Source: Trichoplax sp. H2 (Eukaryota). Taken from it: a DNA stretch of 64,000 nt. Under the pieces are notes generated by a model. That model had not been told where the DNA came from. It worked only from the letters and a program-made list of their open reading frames with translations, and searched no databases. Each line of letters begins with the position of its first letter. Position 1 is the stretch's first letter. This document shows, one piece after another, positions 1-13,100 of the stretch. The stretch is taken from positions 1-64,000 of the forward strand of contig NOWV01000248.1 of the NCBI GenBank assembly GCA_003344405.1, given 5' to 3'. Both the position numbers and the translations under genes were made by a program.

Positions 1-375
1 TCCGGGATTCAGTATCCCTACTTACAAGAATTTAGACGCCTTTGATTCTACGTTAAAACAACTATACAATTGAGAACTGCTTTATTCAACTATCTGACGG
101 GTTTATATACCCTTCTACAGCAGCTAACATTCACAAGTCATCTTATAATAATACTTGGGTGAGAACATCTACTAACTAGTTTTTCACAGTCGGACTACAA
201 TATGTCCATTCACAGAATCATTTCAGCACACATTACAGCACAGCAATAAATTTACTGTAACACATTTATAATTAGAGCAATTCCTATTGTAAGTAACTAG
301 TTGTAATATAATATCACTATACTATATTAACCAAATTTAGATAGCTATTTCTTCACGGTAGTTCGTACCGTGACA
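1..375 (-). mobile_element. LTR family A copy (cut by window start)
   Basis: Reverse complement of the repeat at 9482/12439/23402; ends gtaccgtgaca. Confidence 0.85.
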
Positions 376-511
376 GTATCACTGTCATAAAAGTCAGTGC
401 TATATTAAAGCACAGTATATCCAAATTAGAAGTTAACTAAAAAAGGATAGACTAACAGAATTATCCTAACATAGATATTTCTACTCTAATACAGTATATA
501 ACACTGTCACA
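376..511 (-). mobile_element. LTR family B terminal fragment, abutting the family A copy
   Basis: Near-identical to 42845-42973 and to the reverse complement of 53664-53798. Confidence 0.75.
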
Positions 512-1166
512 GTAAATATCTTGAATTAGTAGAAATAGTAGAAATTTGAATGTAGTTTATTGTTGCAATTGTTTAGTGAGAGAAATACTACCGGAAATGG
601 AATGAATATTAGCTAAAGTATGAACGTATCAATTGCGCTACTGAAAGAACATAGTAATTTTGCCTTTATTTAACACTATTTGTTATTAAATGACCCCTAT
701 AAGCCGATTTTGAATGATAAATTTTGAAATACGAGTGTGTCTATAATGACTTAATACGATTTGTAAAGAAATTTTAATATAAACTGGTAAATTATGATAA
801 CTTCGCTTTTCCTTTAATATTTATTGTAGGGTATCAACGCATTTAATGTACAGAATCTTGCACTAGGAATAAAAATATGTCGTATTATGTTGAGATTATA
901 ATTCGCATTTGTTTCTAGTGTAGTTAGAAACAGTATAGTTGAATATAATTATGGCATAGTAATTTACTAAAAAATTTTCTCAAATTAGCTCTATCCCCTA
1001 TATTATTGCACCCTTAAGAATAATCTGGGCATAGTCTTCTTAGTTAATTTTATAATATATAATTACTGCTCTGTATTGTACGATTAGGCTGTAACTTTTA
1101 AGAGTAAATGCCGTAATGGTGATAATAAGAAGATATTAACAGGTTGATTTGTTATTATCTAAATAG

Positions 1167-4100
1167 GTCTCTGCACAAGAATGATATTACAAATATTGCT
1201 TGTACGTCCTTTAAATCGCAATTAAAAATGGAACAAGTGTAAGTATTAAGGTTATGTGTCGTTCTATCCCATATTATCTAAGGATTATACCTTATTATTG
1301 TTATGCCACTATAAAAACTAGGAATTAATCATTGTTACTACTCGCAGCAAAGTCCATTAATATGAAAATATGAGCATTTTTAATTTCTAATAGTTTTATC
1401 AATTTTTATCAGTTTTAAAAACCTCATTTTATTCTTTATTTGTAGGGATTTGTCGGAAAATCGACTATCAGGGTTATGTAACTACTCTTTTACTGGTTTA
1501 AATTTGCAGTCTATGTAATTTTTTTATACGTGTCGTAATCATAATTTTAATTAATAGACTTTAGTAAGCTACAACATGAGTATTTGCCTACTTTACAGAG
1601 ATTTAGGCGGAAATAGTTTAACAGCTCTTACTGAAACTTTTACTCATTTATTAGGACTAAAGCACCTGTAAGTTATACTTTAAAATTCGCATATATCGCT
1701 ATCACGTCAATTATGGTGAAAAATGCTGAACTGATGATGTAATTAATCTAGGAATCTGCGATCAAATGATATCCAAACAATGTCTAGAAACTCATTCGAG
1801 GGCCTGGCATCACTTCAAATTCTGTAAGAAAATGATTATTATTTGTTATGATACTCATAACATGAAACTCAAATATTGGATTATAATATGAAAAGTTTTG
1901 ATTTTTGAATTGATTATTTATATTACTTTGGACTTTAAAAGAACATTAAGAATAAACTCTGCAAAATCTCTTTCAAGGGAATTATTTCGTTTTACAACTA
2001 ATTTATTACATCTGTGAGTATAACTGCCCTATCTCAATACAAAATAGGATGTCTTGATTAAAGTGGTTATTGAATGACCTAGGGATTTATCTCATAATGC
2101 CATTAATGCACTTCCATCGTCCCTATTTCAAAATAATCTCAAATTAAAACTAGTGTAAGTTGGCTTTTGTTATCGAATACATTTATTTAGCCAATATAGA
2201 GCTGATTATTTTATTAACAGACTCGAAAGTACATTACTAATTGTAATTGTTCCACAGTAATATTTGTTGCAGACCAGGTAATTTATATTTTAAAATAATA
2301 TCTATTGATTCTATCTATTGCAAACTGATGTACTAGGCATGCATGAAACTGTGAAGATCTTTCTGAATAAGATATCAGAGACTTACTATTATTGAATGAT
2401 ATTATATTATAATTCTTAAGATAAGCTGGTATTTAGTTAATAATTATTTTTAGACTTGCGAAATTCTAGAGTAAGAATACTCATCAGCTACAAACGTAGT
2501 ATTTGATATAAGTATTAGTATCACTCGTAATAGACTAACGGGAACTTTTATGATCGTAATTTCAACATGTAGCGATTTGTCCTTTAACCGCATTGACAAC
2601 ATCGAAATGTTTACTTTTGAAAATTTAGTAAACTTGGAAACATTGTAAGTTAACAAAAATGCTTATTTATAGCTTCAATATATTGATTCCTGAGAATTGT
2701 GTATGTCGATAAAATTTAGAAATCGCTATTTATAAAATCAACTTATTAAAGCATACTAAACAATGCAGTTTGTTCAAATGAGGATGTATATCAGTTTACA
2801 TCAAAGAAAGTGCTTGAATATTCATAAACAACTTATCTCTACAAGATATTTCGTATATTTCTTTGTATTCCGCTAGATTGCTGCATAAGAATTTCATAAG
2901 CTCTATTAGTGCGTACACTTTTTCAGGACTGAAAAATTTAAAAAGACTGTAAGTTGTTAACAAGCCTATATATTATTTAACAAAGACGGTACCATATAAT
3001 ATTATAAACGATAACGTGAGAAAATCTAACTTGTACTGATAAGAATTGAACTTCTTTTACCAAGATTTTATATTAATGAGTTATTTAACAAATTGATTCA
3101 AACGATAAAGGTCGCTTTATGGAAGCAGTGTAACTTCCTTCACCTTTACAGCAACTCATAGTTTGCCGGCATTGCAATATCTGTATATGAACTGTCCATT
3201 TTATATTCTTTCAAAATATATAAGAAAAATTAGATTGAAATTTTTATGTACCAGATAATCCTTACTAAGGGTACTTTCACTTTTAGCGATTTATCCAATA
3301 ATATTTTCCATATTCCTCAAGAAAGTGCATTTATTGGAAGTTCTAAATTGCAGACTTTGTAAGTGGATTTACCTAATTAGTTTTAAGTACATCTGTTATT
3401 TTTTGCGTATTGTTGCTTGCTAGTGTTTATGTATCGTAACTCACAAACAAGCTGAATTAAGATTTGTCTTGTGGTTTAAGGCAATGGGTTGTGATTTTTA
3501 TTATTGGAACTGTGCACTAACTGTTTATAGTAAGGTGACAACTTATCATTGAGTCTATAGTTGATGATATTGTATCTATTCTGTAATTAACTTGTATTAT
3601 GTTATCTCACTTTCAGTGCTCGCATGCTGTTGTAATAAAAATTATAAGTGAGATAAATATCGAAAGAATGTTTCGCTACTTTTAAAATGCTTTCCTAGAG
3701 TAAAGACTATTCGCAACATTATACTAGCCATATCAAGATATTTTGTTTGCTAGACCCTAACAAGTTTTAGTTATGTCACAAACTACTTCCCGACAAGTTT
3801 ACTTGTCTAACGTAAAGCACTTACTTTGAGTTGCTTCTACAGATTATTGCCCTAATCTTCCGTAAGATCTGGTAAGAATATAGTTCTGCTACTATAACGC
3901 CTAAGAACTACCCTTCCAAAACGCTCACAAGCAGTAGACATGCTGTACTTTAATCTACGAAACAACTTTATTCAGTAACTCACTACTCACTGTTCTCTCT
4001 AAAATTCAACTGATTTAAACCAATAAATACACTCATAAATAACCGGCTATCTTAACAAAGAAATACCAGACACACCTTGATGATGTGATTAGATAAAAAG

Positions 4101-7100
4101 ATGAATTTATTTATAAAGAACAATCTTATCTAAATTATGTACGTAATCATTAAGCCTTATAGGCTAATAAATGTATCACATTGCAAATAACGTTCATAGC
4201 TTTCATTTTTTGAATAAATCAAGAGTAAAACTGATTTACTATCGGATATTAATTTCTACAGTAGTAAGTACAATAAATCCTAGCATTTCCTATACTATAA
4301 CTCTGAGACACTGTCGGCTACAATACTTTCTAAAATCTACAATTTAGGTAACATAACGCCGTAACAAGTTATTATAGAGAAATCTCTAGAAGGATAGTTC
4401 TAAATACATTGTCTACGAAATGAGTACTTATACATTATCTAAGCAGTGCCTTAATTTGGTAGGTGCTATAAAAATTGACTATGGACTAGCTATAAAATAT
4501 TATTTGGTGTTGATAAAGAGTATTGTCTTCCTTCACGCATGATTACTGGTTAATTTACTGCGATTCAGTCTATTCTATTAATTTTAAGTTCGTAAGAGTT
4601 AATAAATTTCTCTATTTTCATCTCTTTAATCTAAAGAAACATGTCTAATACCGGATTAGCCTATTTACCAGAAGTTATTTTTAGGAATGTGAGCAAATTA
4701 GCCACTATGTAAGTCATGCTAGAATCATTTGGAAACTTTTAAGACTTTTAAATGATATATTTACCAAATCCTCTTAAAACTAAAAGCTATAAAATACACA
4801 TTTTTTAACTACCTTTTTATATCAGTATGTCATGTTAATATCAGTATTTGAGTCATTAGCATTCAATTACAGGACATTTTTACAGCTTTTAATGAAATAT
4901 TTTTATTATCAAATCTCAAAGCCACGATAATTATAGTTTGATTTATCTATACGTATGCTATGCGGTCATTATAAATATATATGGAACCCATATTAAGCTT
5001 TATTCATTTTCTGAAATAGGAGAATTTAGCAATCGCAACTTTCAATGTATCTTCGATTACGTAGAAAGTAATCAATGTAAAAAATTAACAAATTTGTTGA
5101 TAGTAAAAAGTCAAAGCTTAAATTTTTAAGCCTAGTCAGCAACTACTAATTCCATAATTAAGTTAATTTAAATTATACTGTATTTTTAGCTGTAATCTAA
5201 AACAGAGATACGGTTATAGCTTCCATTTTCATGTACAAATATAAATTACTGTATTAATTATTTATAGCACGCACAGAACCACTCTGCTTACTATTATTTG
5301 CTACACTTTAACTATTATAGAATATGCTTCTTTAGTTTTAGTTTTACAGTCTTGGTCACTCCATGAGTTTTATTCCAAAGTGTTTAATACTGCTGATTTC
5401 CGCTTCACGTCTCACTAAATTTCCAGTCGTATGGCAGCTATCCTATCTATATGATTTACTGTATAGAACAAAGAACTTATTTTCATACAGAAGCGCATTA
5501 ATTTAATCACTGATAGCTACGAAACCTTCTCCAAAAACCTATAGATTTCCTTCCATATTACGTTTACATTAGCATCGACATATCAAGCTATTCTAAAATA
5601 GAACAATAAAATTGTGTTATATAATAAATAAGATAAATGCTAGAATTGGATATTAGCAATCAATTTGCACTATTACTTCTATCTTTATCTAGAGACTTGA
5701 GCATGAATTCTATCCAATCTTTGCGTTTACTTGAACCAGAACTGATACCTAATCTCAGGGAATTGTAAGTTTCCAGATAAATTAAATGGCATAACTATCT
5801 GCTTCTAATTTAAGAAATTAGTATAATCTGAAGGTTATAGCTTAATATTACCAGGTATAGTTCTATAATAGATAATCTCCGATTGACTGTGTCATTTAAA
5901 TATATTTGCTCTTATAATACATTATTGTTAGTACGCATTCTAGTTTAAATTTCATTCTTCGAAATCATGATTGTGACAAACGAAGAAAGAAAGATAATAA
6001 AATATTAAATTTTAGAGCACATTGATATACTGTTACTTTAAATCAGGTTGATTTGAGACGATAAATAATCTTAATTTTTCGTAAAGAAGCTAAGCTTATG
6101 CCCTTAATTTGAGAGAAATCGATATTAATATGCTAGATATAAGTTAAAAAAGAAAGCATTGAAACAAAAAGAGAGCAGAATTTTTCGCTAATTAAGAAAA
6201 AATTGAGTTGCTCAGTTATTTCTAGAGTATTTACTTACCAATTTCTGTACTTCTAATTTCGACTAAATTATACTAACATCCAACTGTACTGCCATTTTTT
6301 ATATGCTATACAGAGTTGTTGGTGCGATCAAAATAAATAATTATCTTACTAAAGTTTTAAATTAGCGTAGCAAAATAACGTAACTACAGAAAAACTATAT
6401 GCTAGAATATATTTAATGTTTTAAAGTTAATAATTTGCTGTAATCATCAACAAGTCTGTCTGCAACCAGCAAATTTACTGCAGCTGTCATAACTGTCTAA
6501 GTAGCATTAACTATCTAGAACTACTCTCCCAGATAGACTCAAAAGAACAGTCGGTAAAAGTATAACTTACTTAGGTTACGACTTTATTTTAGCAGTACTG
6601 ACTAGCAATCTTTAAAGAAAAGAAAACCAAAAACAACCAGCAATAACTAGCTTTTATGCTTAAATTTAAAATAAGATAGCATGAAACAAGTGAACTGCAG
6701 ATATATGATCAAAGGAGGTTAACGTAGCTAAAGTATTACAAACATGACAGATTGTAACTTAGTCAAACAAAACCATATTATTAACTTAAGTACTATAAGA
6801 AATTATGACAAGTTAAAATACAGCTCTTGGTATGAGCTAGGCAAGAAATCCCACCTGAACATGTATCTTATCTACGGTCATTTAATGTCACCGACAAAAT
6901 TCCTATTACACTCACTTAATGACTCAATTGACATACATATCTTAAATTGGAGACATAACGGTAACCCGTCATGATTCAACAGACCGTTAATACCAATTAA
7001 TACAATGCATGAACGGTTACGACTTACAACTGTAACTTGCAAAACAAATCATTATGATTTAACGTACATTCTCTTATAAAGCTAACATACTTATAATACT

Positions 7101-10100
7101 TTACAGAGACTGTAAATAATACACTACATGATCAGTATGAAAGAACTACTGTAACTTAACCTTAATATTGGAATCGTAGTTCAGTAGCAGCAGCATGTAG
7201 CTTATAGTAACAACTATGTTTGGCTAGTATCCAAGAATTAGAACCGTTAAATCTCTCTGCTTTATCATCAAATAATTTATTTCATATAAACTAATATTAT
7301 TACGTCTGTAATAGATTTAAATATGCTTTGATGAAGAATTCTAAAATTAACTTTTATTACGGCTGGATGTGTTTATCTAGATCGCTGCGAAATAATGTAA
7401 TAAAGGAATTGGATAATCAATTCTTTATGAACATCCCGCGTCTGGAAAAATTGTTAGAAATGATTTAAGAAAGAATATATCAGTTCTTAATGAAACGCGA
7501 TGCGGTGGACTATATATAACTGACTTAGAATTGATTTTAGATATTTGGATGGAAATACGATAACAGCGGATACTGTTCTATATATACAATTTAAAGGAAA
7601 AACACTGTAAATTAAAATGATGTTATAACCATAGGAGTTTTCATTTTTCAGAAATACCTTAACGTTTATACTATTACCTAGTAGCATAATTAAGTTAAAA
7701 ATTGATCATTGGTGGTTTGGAAAATTATTTTCACTAGAGGGTTATCTTATAATAACATTGACGTAATATCTTGGGGCGTATGGCCAGTAATTAGTACGTC
7801 TAATCTGTAAGTATTGCAATAGATCTATATACGCAATTACGTATAACTCGGCTTATTTAGATATTGTTGGACGTGAATTTCCCCTATAAAATTAATAAAT
7901 AAAAGGAATGGACCTTGTAACGCTTCAGTAATCCAGTTGTCAACTAATCTTTTCTAACTTTGTAATTAGTGATTTGTCCTGGAATAAAATTAAAAGCGTC
8001 GAATATATGAATCGAATAAAAGGATTGACAACGATGTAAGTAATGATTTAATACAGTATAACTGTTAGCTGTGGCAGATCTGGAATGTATAACCTACCAA
8101 ATCAATCCTAATCGTCCATCTACAATGATTCATATATGACTACTTTAATCTATTATTGTTCTGTTACTTACAGTTTTAAATATAACAAATATTACTTCCC
8201 TTCACGAGTATTCCAAGTTTGAATTTCGATTACCACAATAATCTATTGTAAATCCAAGTATCGAAAATATCAGCTTCTTAATAGAAATTGAGAACTCTGG
8301 CATTGGTATAGTGTAATTCACAAATATTCTACATAATTTTTAAAACTAGTCCCTGTATTTCTCGATTATTTAGTAATTCTGCTATAATAAAGCTATTAAA
8401 TTTATTTTCCCTTATAAGTAATAACGCAGCTAATGCTAATTAATATAACAATATGATAATGAGAAGGAAAAATATGTCCTTTACGTTACAATCTAGTGTA
8501 ATTCTTGATATGCAATAGCAGCTTGCCAAAAATACAGATAAAGGCTACCATGGATGATGATAATAGGAAATGAAGACATTCGCAGTTTCTGTAATATCAG
8601 TAGAGTTTAAATAATCCGTTAGTTATTTAGCTTGACCAGAAAAACTCTTAAGAACTTACAGTTGCGGCTTGGTTTATAATTCTAAATTTTCATGCGCGAT
8701 GTAATAGTTAAAATTATCTACGTTAAGTTGCCAGAGTTACGATGTTTTAGTGCATAGATTTTTATGATCATATTGTGATGTAGAATGCAACTGTCGCCTT
8801 AGGGATTTAACTGGAAATCACCTTCATCCTACATCCGCTCTAAACTTTCAAGAGCAGAGTGAACTTAGAAGCTTGTAAGCAACATAAACGACATAGGAAG
8901 TAAAATTTACTTTTAAAACGAATTGAAATTCCAATATTGCTAGGTGCAGTGCAAGCTAAGATACAGAAGTAGCAGTTTATTAAATTAATTTGAACCTAGA
9001 TTCTACGCGATGCCAGCAAAAATTAAAATTTTTTCATTGCATTAGAACTAGTATTATCAGTTTTAAGTGATATCGCTAAAAATTAAGTAATACTGTGATA
9101 ATGCTCTCAATCTAGAGATAATATAGCTGAGAAAATAAGTAAAATTAATTCATTGTTGTTGATGTACAATAATTAAAATGATTGCACGGACGTATGCACG
9201 CAAAAGGGCCCACTTACAGTGCAAGTGTACAATGTACAGCCCACGTAGTACACTTGAGTAGCGTACTCGTGACGTCGCAGCAAGTTTGCACTAAAAATTG
9301 TAGATCCATTTCTTTACGCTACTGTACAGTGTACACTACAGGAGATAAATACCCATTTATACAGTAGATAGATATATACTGTATTCCGTACCTTACTTTC
9401 TTAGATTTATTAAGAATGAATACTAGAGGTGAGAGAATAAATCGGTTAGCTAGTGAAAGAGATCGCAAGCGTTAATATTATTGCCACGGTACGAACTACC
9501 GTGAAGAAATAGCTATCTAAATTTGGTTAATTTAATATAGTGAAATTATATTACAACTAGTTACTTACAATAAGAATTACTCTAATGATAAATGTGTTAC
9601 AGTAAATTTAATGCTGTGCTGTAATCTGCACTGAACGATTCTGTGAATGGACATATTGTAGTTCGACTGTGAAAAATTGGTTAATAGATGTTCTCACCTA
9701 AGTATTTTTATAAGATGACTCGTGAATGTTAGCTGCTGTAGAAGGGTATATAAGCCCATCAGATAGTTTAATAAAGTAGTTCTCAATTGTCTAGTTGAGT
9801 TTAACGTAGAATCAAAGGCGTCTAAATTCTTGTGAGTAGGGATACTGAATCCCGGAGACTATAGTAATTTAGAGATTTTTTTACGTTATCCTTGTCACGA
9901 AGCTGGTTTGTGACAATTATATACTGGATAGGGCCACCGTTCAAAGTGCTGGTATAAGCTAGCATTACCATAAAATTAAATTTTTATTTCCAGAAATTTA
10001 AAAAGTAACCAAATTAGAAGTATTTCCGCAGAATATTTTCGAGAACTGAGAAAATTGCCTAATTTTTCGAAATTGTAAGACCTAGTATAGGATATAACTA

Positions 10101-13100
10101 GTATTAACCATGCCTTTGTTTAATCAAAAATGTCATAGAAAATATTGCTGACATAATTCAATGAAACTTAGATAAATAAGCTGTTAATCTAGCTCAGTAA
10201 GATATAGCGCGTAGATGGATACCGGATGTGATATAAATTCTGATAGAACGCGTAAATTTGATTAAAATAAGAGTTCATATAATCAATATATCAGATCTAC
10301 AGTTTAACTTTGGCAGAAAAACTCTCGTATGTACGATAAATATATGATGCATATTAGGTATCACTAATAGTCTAAATTTTTACTGAAGATAATATGCGAA
10401 TAAATTTAAAGCTTATTTTAAACTGGTGGATATTTATTAGGACTCTTTCAGATAACAAATTATCTACAATCCATAAAATGGCTTTTAATATATTCAACTT
10501 GACTTCCTTGTAAGTTAAAATAATAATAACTAGCTTAAATACATAAAGCATATCTAAATTGGATGCTATTAAATTGATATCATAAGCTGCATCTGGATTT
10601 AAATTCTTTATCTATCCTCGCGAAATTTCTTTTTCTTTTATACTGTTGCAGATCTTTAGAAAATAATTATATCGCCGATTTAAAGTTTCTAGCTTTGATG
10701 AAAACACTTATCTCCCTGTAAGTAACATCGTTGTGCTGACTATTTAAAGATACTAATATTTAAGCCTTAGAGCTACTAACACAATCTAGTTTAAGATTAA
10801 AATGTAATGATGGATGAGAAATTTATGTTTGTGATCTTGTCTTACGAATTCATTTCAATATGATTTCCCTAGCAATTTGAAAAATAATTTAATCAGTGAA
10901 CTGAAAGTGGAAGAATTTATCAACTTAATCCATTTGGAAAATCTGTAAGTATATCAAATTACGAATTGATTTTAATTAATAGACATTAATTAATAATTTC
11001 TTTCTTTACTAAGCAAGCAGCTTAAACAATGCTGTAGCATGGTAAAGGTATTCGCAAATTTTACCTTACAAGAATTATTTTAATTCGAAATTTTCCCGCT
11101 ACATATGCTTATACCAAATTTTAGAATAATATTTGTTAAATTTATAATAAATCTAACGCTATTAAACTTATTTAAACGTGTATCTTTTTCAGGACAATGT
11201 CACAAAATCAAGTTAAAACAATACATGAAGCTGCATTTTCGAAACTGCAGAGACTAAAATTCTTGTAATAATACCTGATATTGTTACCGTCCCTGATATT
11301 AACAATATCATTAGTGATTGGCATTATCTTTAGAGATACTAAAATCGAGATTTATACTAGTAAAATGGATCTACTATTATCCTTCATTATTTAAGTTAAA
11401 TAGTAAATATTTCCTATCCCGCAGGGATATATCCTTCAATCCTTTAACTTACTTGCCTAATGGAATATTTGATGGCCTAACTTCGTTATTCAAACTGTAA
11501 GCAACAATTATTTTTAAATCTAGGCTTCATTCATACATTGTGTTCTCGAGCGTTTTAATTGAATTTTGCTCTAATGAATATTTATATTTAATAATTGTGT
11601 GATAATTTAGGGATTTAAATAATTGTCATATGAAAAGCTTCAAAAATTTATTTGCAAAATCTCTCGGTGGTCTAGAAATTTTGTAAGATGAATATTAATA
11701 ATTTCGGTTTCAATGAGTTACTAATTCAGATCGCGTTTTTTAAAAGATCCATTAAGAATAATCAAATAAAGGCAATTACTAACGGGTTGTTAAAGAACTT
11801 AACTTCGTTAAGGAAATTGTAAGACAGATCATCTTTATATTTCTACTAGCGAAGGCAGTATTTATTTAAGAAAAGGATAACAGAAACTCTCATATTTTAT
11901 TGGACGAATAGATACCTTGACGGTAACAAAATAGAATTAATCGAGCCTCAAAGCTTTATAAATACGCTGCAGTTATCAACTCTGTAAGTGTACTGAATTG
12001 GTACATTTTTGTTCAAGATTTGTAGCTCTTAGGTCACAAAATCATGTCTTAAAGTTGAATCTAATTATGCTTTCACAAAATTTGTTAAATTAAATAGTTC
12101 CTTAGTGGGCAATTTTATAACCAAGCTCAATTGCAATACCCTCACGCATCTGAAGAAATTGCAGATTCTGTAAGCTATATCTTACACTAAGTTGGAAATC
12201 ACATATATATAAAGTTGTATTTGTATTTTCATACTTATTTGTTTGATTGTTCAAACTTTACTTTAAAATTATGATATTTTATAGCCGTTTGGCAGACATG
12301 AGAATACAATATGTCGTAAACCAATTGGTATGCCTGGAAATATTCGAACTATTAGATTCTCTGTAAGTAATAGCAGTAAATATCAGGTATTAGGCGTAGT
12401 ACCGGATAAAAAATCTTGAATTTTTCATTTTTGCCCATTGTCACGGTTCGAACTACCGTGAAGAAATAGCTATCTAAATTTGGTGAATATAATATAGTGA
12501 TACTATATTACAACTAGTTACTTACAATATGAATTACTCTAAATATAAGTATGTTACAGTAAATTTAATGCTGTGCTGCAATGTGCTGTAATGTGCACTG
12601 AAATGATTCTATGAATGGACATATTGTAGTCCGACTGTGAAAAATTAGTTAGTAGATGTTCTCACCTAAGTATTTTTAATAAGATGACTCATGAATGTTA
12701 GCTGCCGTGGAAGGGTATATAAGCTCCTCAGATAGTTGAATAAAGTAGTTCTCAATTGTCTAGTTGAGTTTAACGTAGAATCAAAGGCGTCTAAATTCTT
12801 GTGAGGTAGTTAAGGGATACTGAATCCCGGAGACTACAGTAATTTAGAGATTTTTTTACGTTATCCTTGTCACGAAGCTGGTTTGTGACACCCATATATA
12901 TGAATATGAGGTATTTTACTTATAACAACTTGATATCATTTTATGCATTAATGTGCAGCATAATTTATGTCATTAGTCATGCTGATGGAATAAAATGCTT
13001 ACTATAAAAGCATTAAATCATGTAATGATTGTCATTGTTAATAGATATTTTAGCCTTTTTTAAAATGTTATAATATCATTATACTACTTTTAAAATCTAG

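Noticed and set aside
830..888. Possible additional exon after ttattgtag
   Set aside because: The phase-2 reading hits a stop and the open frame lacks an LRR pattern; cannot be supported.
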